Shown one piece after another: positions 55,750-60,835 of a stretch of DNA of 60,835 nucleotides. The notes under the pieces are model-generated. The model was not told where the DNA came from and searched no databases. It worked only from the letters and a program-made list of their open reading frames with translations. The DNA is from Acidobacteriota bacterium (GTDB lineage Bacteria; Acidobacteriota; Terriglobia; Bryobacterales; UBA6623). A program made the position numbers and the translations under genes. The stretch is from assembly GCA_027624045.1 (NCBI GenBank), contig JAQBUE010000003.1, positions 1-60,835 of the forward strand. The letters run 5' to 3'. Numbering within the stretch: position 1 is the stretch's first letter; every line of letters begins with the position of its first letter.

Positions 55750-57171
55750 ATGTTCAAGTTCGCGGCCGTTGTCCTTCTCGTTCTCTCTCTGGTGCATTGT
55801 TCGAAGCCGACGCACTACGACCTCGTAATAGCCAACGGCCGTGTCATGGACCCTGAATCCGGGCTGGACGCGATTCGCAACATCGGCATCCAGGGCGAAA
55901 CAATCGCCGAGATCAGCGAACAAGAACTATCCGGGACCGAAGTTCTTGACGCCGCCGGCCATGTCGTCGCGCCGGGCTTTGTCGATCTCCACCGGCACGG
56001 CCACAGCCCCGAAAACTACAAGGCTCAAATCCACGACGGCATCACGTCCGCCCTCGAACTCGAGATCGGTGTCGCGGACATCGCGGCCTGGTACGGCGAG
56101 CGGGAAGGCCAGACGCCTGTCAACTTCGGCGCCAGCATTAGTCATCCCTATTCGCGCAACATGGTCATGCTGGGCAGCAACCCCGGCCTCACCGGAGATG
56201 CGCTCACGCAGCCTCTCAGCGCCCAGCAACTCGATGAACTCAAACTGCGTATTGCTCGCGGACTCGAACTGGGCGCTCCCGCCGTCGGCTTCGGCCTGGG
56301 GTACTCACCCGGCGCGACCACCGAAGAAGTCGTCGAGATGTTCCGCGTGGCGGCCGCGCATAACGCGAATTGCCACGTTCACATGCGCAGCTCCGAACCG
56401 CCCGGGTTCGGCAACATTGAGGAAGTTCTGAGCGCATCGAAACAGACCGGTGCGCCGCTGCACATCGTCCACATCAATAGCAGTTCCGCCGAGCGTATCC
56501 CGCAGTATCTGGAAATTGTCGCCTCAGCCCAAAAACAGGGTGCCGATGTCACAACCGAATGCTATCCCTACAACCGCGGCTCCACACTGATCGAGTCGCA
56601 TCTGTTCAACGATTGGCAGACCTACAGCGACCAGGAGTTCGCGGGATACATCTGGGTCGAGACGGGGGAAACGCTCACTCGTGAGACATTTGGCAAGTAC
56701 CGCGAACAGGGCGGAACCATCATCAGCCCGGCGAACTATAGCGAGGAAAACGTGCAAACCGCCGTCGCCAGCCCCATCACGATGATCGCCAGCGACGGTA
56801 TGTGGCTCGACAAAGGCCGCGCCCACCCGCGTTCCTTCGGAACGTTCAGCCGTATCCTGGGCCGCTACGTCCGCGAGCAGAAAGCACTTACGCTGATGGA
56901 CGCGTTGCGGAAGATGTCGCTCGCGCCGGCGCAGCGCCTCGAACGCCGCGCGCCGATGATGAAGAAGAAGGGGCGGCTAAGCGTCGGTGCCGACGCCGAT
57001 ATCGTCGTCTTCAACCCCGACACGGTCATCGACAAGGCCACGTTCGAGAACCCGGTCCAGTACTCAGAGGGAATCCGGCATGTGCTCGTGAACGGCCACG
57101 TCACTCTCAAAGATGGCGACTTAGTCGAAGCGGCCGCCGCCGGCAAACCCATCAAGGCTCCGTCTGAGTGA
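55750..57171 (+). CDS. Exported N-acyl-D-amino-acid deacylase (D-aminoacylase) family amidohydrolase
   Basis: Signal MFKFAAVVLLVLSLVHCS. YDLVIANGRVMDP... and PGFVDLHRHGH (HxH) are present. The C-terminal region includes GADADIVVFNPDTVIDKATFENP. Confidence 0.82.
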   Translation: MFKFAAVVLLVLSLVHCSKPTHYDLVIANGRVMDPESGLDAIRNIGIQGETIAEISEQELSGTEVLDAAGHVVAPGFVDLHRHGHSPENYKAQIHDGITSALELEIGVADIAAWYGEREGQTPVNFGASISHPYSRNMVMLGSNPGLTGDALTQPLSAQQLDELKLRIARGLELGAPAVGFGLGYSPGATTEEVVEMFRVAAAHNANCHVHMRSSEPPGFGNIEEVLSASKQTGAPLHIVHINSSSAERIPQYLEIVASAQKQGADVTTECYPYNRGSTLIESHLFNDWQTYSDQEFAGYIWVETGETLTRETFGKYREQGGTIISPANYSEENVQTAVASPITMIASDGMWLDKGRAHPRSFGTFSRILGRYVREQKALTLMDALRKMSLAPAQRLERRAPMMKKKGRLSVGADADIVVFNPDTVIDKATFENPVQYSEGIRHVLVNGHVTLKDGDLVEAAAAGKPIKAPSE

Positions 57172-57677
57172 CCGGGAAGAATAGCAGCGAGTATCATGAA
57201 ACTGTGATTTCCGTCGCCTCACCCAATCGGCGCGCTGACGCTGACGATATCGCGGACTTACTGCGTCTCGAAAAAGAGTGCTTCACGGGCTATTACGAGC
57301 CCCACCGCTATGATCGCGAGCAGTTTTTGCATTATCTTGATAATCCCAAGAGCATTCTGCTCGTGGCGAATCACCATGACCACACCGCCGGATATATTCT
57401 GGGAATCAGCAGCAAGCGGGGCGAGCGCACGGGCGCCTATATTCACTCGATCGCGGTCGAGAAAGGTTCGCGGCGGGCGGGCCTGGGTGAAACGTTGTTG
57501 GGCGGATTTCTTGACGAGGCCGCGCGCCGCTCTTGTGCCTTCGCCTCGCTTGAGGTCGCGGCGGAGAACCGGGCGGGCGTTCGCCTCTTCGAGAAATTCG
57601 GCTTTTCGAAAACCCGCGATCTCCCGGACTACTATGGGGAGGGGCACAGCGGCGTTCGCATGTCCAAGCTCCTCTAG
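57168..57677 (+). CDS. GNAT family N-acetyltransferase (RimI-like)
   Basis: The GTG start overlaps the upstream stop (GTGA). The acetyl-CoA motif is IAVEKGSRRAGLGETLL. FGF...DYYGEGHSGVRMSK is present. Confidence 0.8.
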   Translation: MTGKNSSEYHETVISVASPNRRADADDIADLLRLEKECFTGYYEPHRYDREQFLHYLDNPKSILLVANHHDHTAGYILGISSKRGERTGAYIHSIAVEKGSRRAGLGETLLGGFLDEAARRSCAFASLEVAAENRAGVRLFEKFGFSKTRDLPDYYGEGHSGVRMSKLL

Positions 57678-57683
57678 ACAGTT

Positions 57684-58757
57684 ATGACCCCCCTGGACCC
57701 AACCGCGCAGCTCGTTGGCCTGCTCCTGGTTTTCCTGATTCTGCCCGTCGCCGGGTTCTTGATCAGCGGGCGGATCAGCAGGCGCAATGAGATTACCGGC
57801 CCTCTGACGCCGAAGGCGATCGAAGACTATTTCAAGCGATTCCACCCGAACCGCCCTTTACCCGCCAAAGACAAGCACGAGGCTGAGTTCCTCAAGCTCT
57901 ATGAACAGCATCTTGGATTAATGACATTTATCTTCCCTGGGGTTGTCTTGCTGGCCGCCATCGGGATCGGCATCCAATGGGTTCGCATCGGGGCGCCGCT
58001 CTATCCAACGACACTCGGTGCGCCTGCCGCGGGCACGTTGGCGCCGATGGCCGTCGCCGCGGCCCTCGGCGCCTATATGTGGGCCCTGATCGACTTCACC
58101 GAGAAGTATTTGCGCCGCTCGCTTGCTCCGGCAAACCTTTGGTGGGCGTCATTTCGCTTCGTCATCGCCGTCCCCATGGCCTATGCCCTAACCGGGTATT
58201 TCAAGGAAGATGTCGGCGTCCCGACGGCTTTCCTGCTCGGCGTCTTTCCGACACAGTGGCTGATCGGATTCGCCCGCAAGGTGGCGCGCAAGAGGATGAA
58301 CTTCGGCGAGGGACCGCAGGGCCAGGAAAGCGAACTTCAGACCTTGCAGTCCATGGATCCCCGCATGGCCGAGCGCTTGGCCGATGAGAACATCCTCACA
58401 AACCTGCAACTCGCCTACGCCGATCCGATCGTGCTTTCCATCCGAACGAATCTCGGCTTCAGCACCGTGGTCGACTTCGTAAGCCAAGCTCTTCTCTGGA
58501 TTTACCTCGAGGACGACGCAAAAACACTTAGGAAATTCGGCCTGCGCGGAGCGCAGGAAGTCCGCTCGCTTTGGGATGAGCTGCACGAGAACGGAGACGG
58601 AACGCCCGAGGAGAAGGCGGAATACAAAGCGAGCGCGGAGAGAACTCTCGCCACGGCTGCGGCGGAGTTGAAGATGGACAAGGACGCCCTTCAGTACACT
58701 TTCGGGCAGGTCGCGCTTGACCCCTACACCACCTTCCTCTGCAAAATCTGGCAGTAG
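57684..58757 (+). CDS. Hypothetical membrane protein (about 5 TM plus a ~150-aa helical C-terminal domain)
   Basis: ATG lies 6 nt after the GNAT stop, and the next gene starts 15 nt after this one ends. Clear hydrophobic helices are present. I recognise no family. Confidence 0.6.
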   Translation: MTPLDPTAQLVGLLLVFLILPVAGFLISGRISRRNEITGPLTPKAIEDYFKRFHPNRPLPAKDKHEAEFLKLYEQHLGLMTFIFPGVVLLAAIGIGIQWVRIGAPLYPTTLGAPAAGTLAPMAVAAALGAYMWALIDFTEKYLRRSLAPANLWWASFRFVIAVPMAYALTGYFKEDVGVPTAFLLGVFPTQWLIGFARKVARKRMNFGEGPQGQESELQTLQSMDPRMAERLADENILTNLQLAYADPIVLSIRTNLGFSTVVDFVSQALLWIYLEDDAKTLRKFGLRGAQEVRSLWDELHENGDGTPEEKAEYKASAERTLATAAAELKMDKDALQYTFGQVALDPYTTFLCKIWQ

Positions 58758-58772
58758 GCAGGGACAGACAAG

Positions 58773-59192
58773 ATGCCAAAAGCCGATACCGCGACACTTC
58801 CCCCCATCCGCGTCCTCGTCGCCAAGCCCGGCCTCGACGGCCACGACCGCGGCGCCAAGGTCATCGCCCGCGCACTGCGCGACGCCGGCATGGAAGTGAT
58901 CTACACCGGCCTGCGCCAAACGCCGGAGCAGATTGTCAACGCGGCGCTGCAGGAAGACGTCGAGTTCATCGGTCTATCGATCCTGTCAGGAGCGCACACC
59001 GCGATCGTCCCCAAGGTCATGGAACTGCTGAAGCAGAAGGAAATGGACGATGTCCAGGTCGTGCTCGGGGGCATCATCCCGGATGAGGATGTTGTCGAGA
59101 TGAAGCGGCTGGGCGTAGCAGCAGTTTTTCAGCCGGGAACGTCACTGGAATCGATCACTACCTTCATTCGCGGCAACCGGCGTTCCCGGTGA
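58773..59192 (+). CDS. Cobalamin-binding small subunit of an acyl-CoA mutase (B12-binding domain)
   Basis: [34 protein letters not shown] carries the DxHxxG motif. SILSGAH and VVLGGIIP are present. Size is 139 aa. Confidence 0.9.
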   Translation: MPKADTATLPPIRVLVAKPGLDGHDRGAKVIARALRDAGMEVIYTGLRQTPEQIVNAALQEDVEFIGLSILSGAHTAIVPKVMELLKQKEMDDVQVVLGGIIPDEDVVEMKRLGVAAVFQPGTSLESITTFIRGNRRSR

Positions 59193-59199
59193 TCTGTGC

Positions 59200-60835
59200 T
59201 CAACTCTCCGGGGCGCCTGCTCCCTGCTGCCAATCCTCACCCAGATATTCGATATCGGTGTATCCTTGTGATGATTCTGTCACATACTTAGCCACATCTG
59301 GTTCGGTCAGCTCGCGTCTCAATGTGTAAAGCGTTTTCGCGCCGCTTGCGATGGCTTCCGCCGCTGTCAGAGCACCCTCAACGCTCACTCCGTCAGCATC
59401 TGCCATTTGCGTTACTACCCCTCTCAGGTGTGCCCCAGCACAGTGTTGAATCTTTAGCGGTTCAAGAAAAGTTGCTAAAGGCTTCCTCAGACGGCTCTTG
59501 CTTGCACGAAGAAAGTGGATCTTCGCCTTCTCCGGTAACGACGTCCAAGCTCGATCCCACCCGGGTGTCCTTTTCGAACTGGGCTTGCTAAGTTCTTCTC
59601 GTTGATGGGCTTCATAAAGCCTCTTTACGATACCTTCAAACAACACTCGAACTCCTGCTGAGGATGATATCGGTTTCCGCCGACCGCCTCTCGTAGCCCC
59701 AGCCCAAACGAGCTTAACCTCTCGGAGTTCTCGAGCCTGGACTTCACCTTCTGGTTCCGAAACGAGCCTCCGGAGTACGGTGTCGTCAAAGAAAAGCAGA
59801 TCGTCTTTCCCCAAGTCCTGGATGGAATCAAGATCAACCATCCCCGGCTCGGCAACTATTGTGGTCGCCCGCTGCATACCCTCCGGCCGGGGTGATTGAG
59901 CATTGTCGCCTTGCGAAGATGGTCGCCTCGCGGCTGCGGTGGATTGGCTCGGAGCTTCACTAGCCGAGCCCACGGTATGGCCGAGGCTCCAGCCAGCCAA
60001 GATGGCCCTCGCGACATCATCTACCAAGTCGACCGGGAGAGTACCGAGCGCTCGCAGAATCTCAGCCGGGCTCTGGTAGCGGTCGGCAGGGGCCTTCTGC
60101 AAACAGCGCTCAACGATCGCGGCAAGAAGCGGGGGTGCATCGGGCCGGGCATGAAGTACCGGAGTATGAGCATTCCTGCGAATGGCGTTGACGAGAGGAC
60201 CAACATGCCCCTTGAAGGGTAGGTCACCCGCTAGCATACGGTAGAGTACGACCCCGTAAGACCAGATATCCGCCCGCCCGTCGACGCTTGACGGCGTGTC
60301 GATCTGTTCTGGTGAATTGTAGACCTTGGTGCCGACGAAACTGTTGTCGGTTGTGAATCTCTCCACGTCCGGGCAGAGCGCCTCCCCGAAGTCGGCGAGC
60401 AGGAAACGCTGGTCCTTGTGAATCAGGATGTTCCCGCATTTGAAATCGCGGTGTACGATCTGCCGCGCGTTGATAGCATACAGCGCTACCGCGCCACAAA
60501 CCGCAAATCTAACCACATCGTGATCCGTCAGTTGCCTCTGCTCGGCGTACAGGTCGTCCACTGCCCCGCCTGACGCGAACTCCATCACTAGGAACTTCCG
60601 GCCATCTTTGAGTTCTCCGTTCTTCGAGGCCGCACAGACGCACCATAGGTCGCGCCTCCTAGGATCTGGCTGCTTTCCGTGGAATATCTCCCCAACTCCG
60701 ATCTCGCGCTTAAAGCGCGGTGGTGTTCCTGAATCGTTGAGGATCTTGATTGCAACGTCTTCCATGAGAGTTGTCCAATGCAAGATGATCCTGAAGACGC
60801 AGCGGTCGGGGCAGGCGACATTGCGGGTGAATGCA
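59200..60835 (-). CDS. Hanks-type Ser/Thr protein kinase with an unknown ~260-aa C-terminal domain. The 5' end is probably outside the window.
   Basis: VAIKIL (catalytic Lys), HRDFKCGNILI, LADFGEA and YNSPEQ are present. The reading frame stays open from the TTG at 60783 to the window edge (…FTRNVACPDRCVFRIILHWTTLMEDVAIK). Confidence 0.8.
   Translation of the reverse strand, partial: AFTRNVACPDRCVFRIILHWTTLMEDVAIKILNDSGTPPRFKREIGVGEIFHGKQPDPRRRDLWCVCAASKNGELKDGRKFLVMEFASGGAVDDLYAEQRQLTDHDVVRFAVCGAVALYAINARQIVHRDFKCGNILIHKDQRFLLADFGEALCPDVERFTTDNSFVGTKVYNSPEQIDTPSSVDGRADIWSYGVVLYRMLAGDLPFKGHVGPLVNAIRRNAHTPVLHARPDAPPLLAAIVERCLQKAPADRYQSPAEILRALGTLPVDLVDDVARAILAGWSLGHTVGSASEAPSQSTAAARRPSSQGDNAQSPRPEGMQRATTIVAEPGMVDLDSIQDLGKDDLLFFDDTVLRRLVSEPEGEVQARELREVKLVWAGATRGGRRKPISSSAGVRVLFEGIVKRLYEAHQREELSKPSSKRTPGWDRAWTSLPEKAKIHFLRASKSRLRKPLATFLEPLKIQHCAGAHLRGVVTQMADADGVSVEGALTAAEAIASGAKTLYTLRRELTEPDVAKYVTESSQGYTDIEYLGEDWQQGAGAPES

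Overview
This is a GC-rich chromosomal segment. It is most likely from an Acidobacteriota genome of the Solibacter/Bryobacter type. That placement is an inference from a TIGR03437-like 'Solibacter C-terminal' domain and from many Tat- or lipoprotein-exported hydrolases. The window opens inside a 16S rRNA gene on the minus strand, with the 5' ~950 nt present, followed by its leader and promoter region. About 50 tightly packed protein-coding genes follow. They include housekeeping genes (mutY, ald, alaC, pta, ggt, fabH, lptD, rlmH, rsfS, moaB, tonB, a lone nuoA), transporters, and many exported sugar/amide hydrolases. I recognised no tRNA, CRISPR array, transposase, integrase or phage gene. The points most worth a second look are as follows. 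(1) A 1333-aa membrane protein consists of two complete, diverged GT-C/YfhO-like modules fused head to tail, stop/start-coupled to a SAM methyltransferase and divergent from a sulfatase. (2) A split B12 acyl-CoA mutase has a large subunit carrying the isobutyryl-CoA-mutase Phe/Gln signature rather than the methylmalonyl-CoA-mutase Tyr/Arg. Its B12 subunit is embedded 3.4 kb away in an aminoacylase-GNAT-membrane protein operon. (3) Two Tat-signal SelA/DgaE-like PLP enzymes sit next to exported lactonase, DHDPS-like aldolase and TIM-barrel isomerase genes. (4) A Hanks-type kinase with an unknown C-terminal domain runs off the window end. (5) Several genes are unannotatable or atypical: a 5-TM protein, an EnvC-like protein, and an NRAMP-fold protein lacking DPGN. 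All functional calls rest on motif and family recognition from the translated ORFs. No database search was possible.
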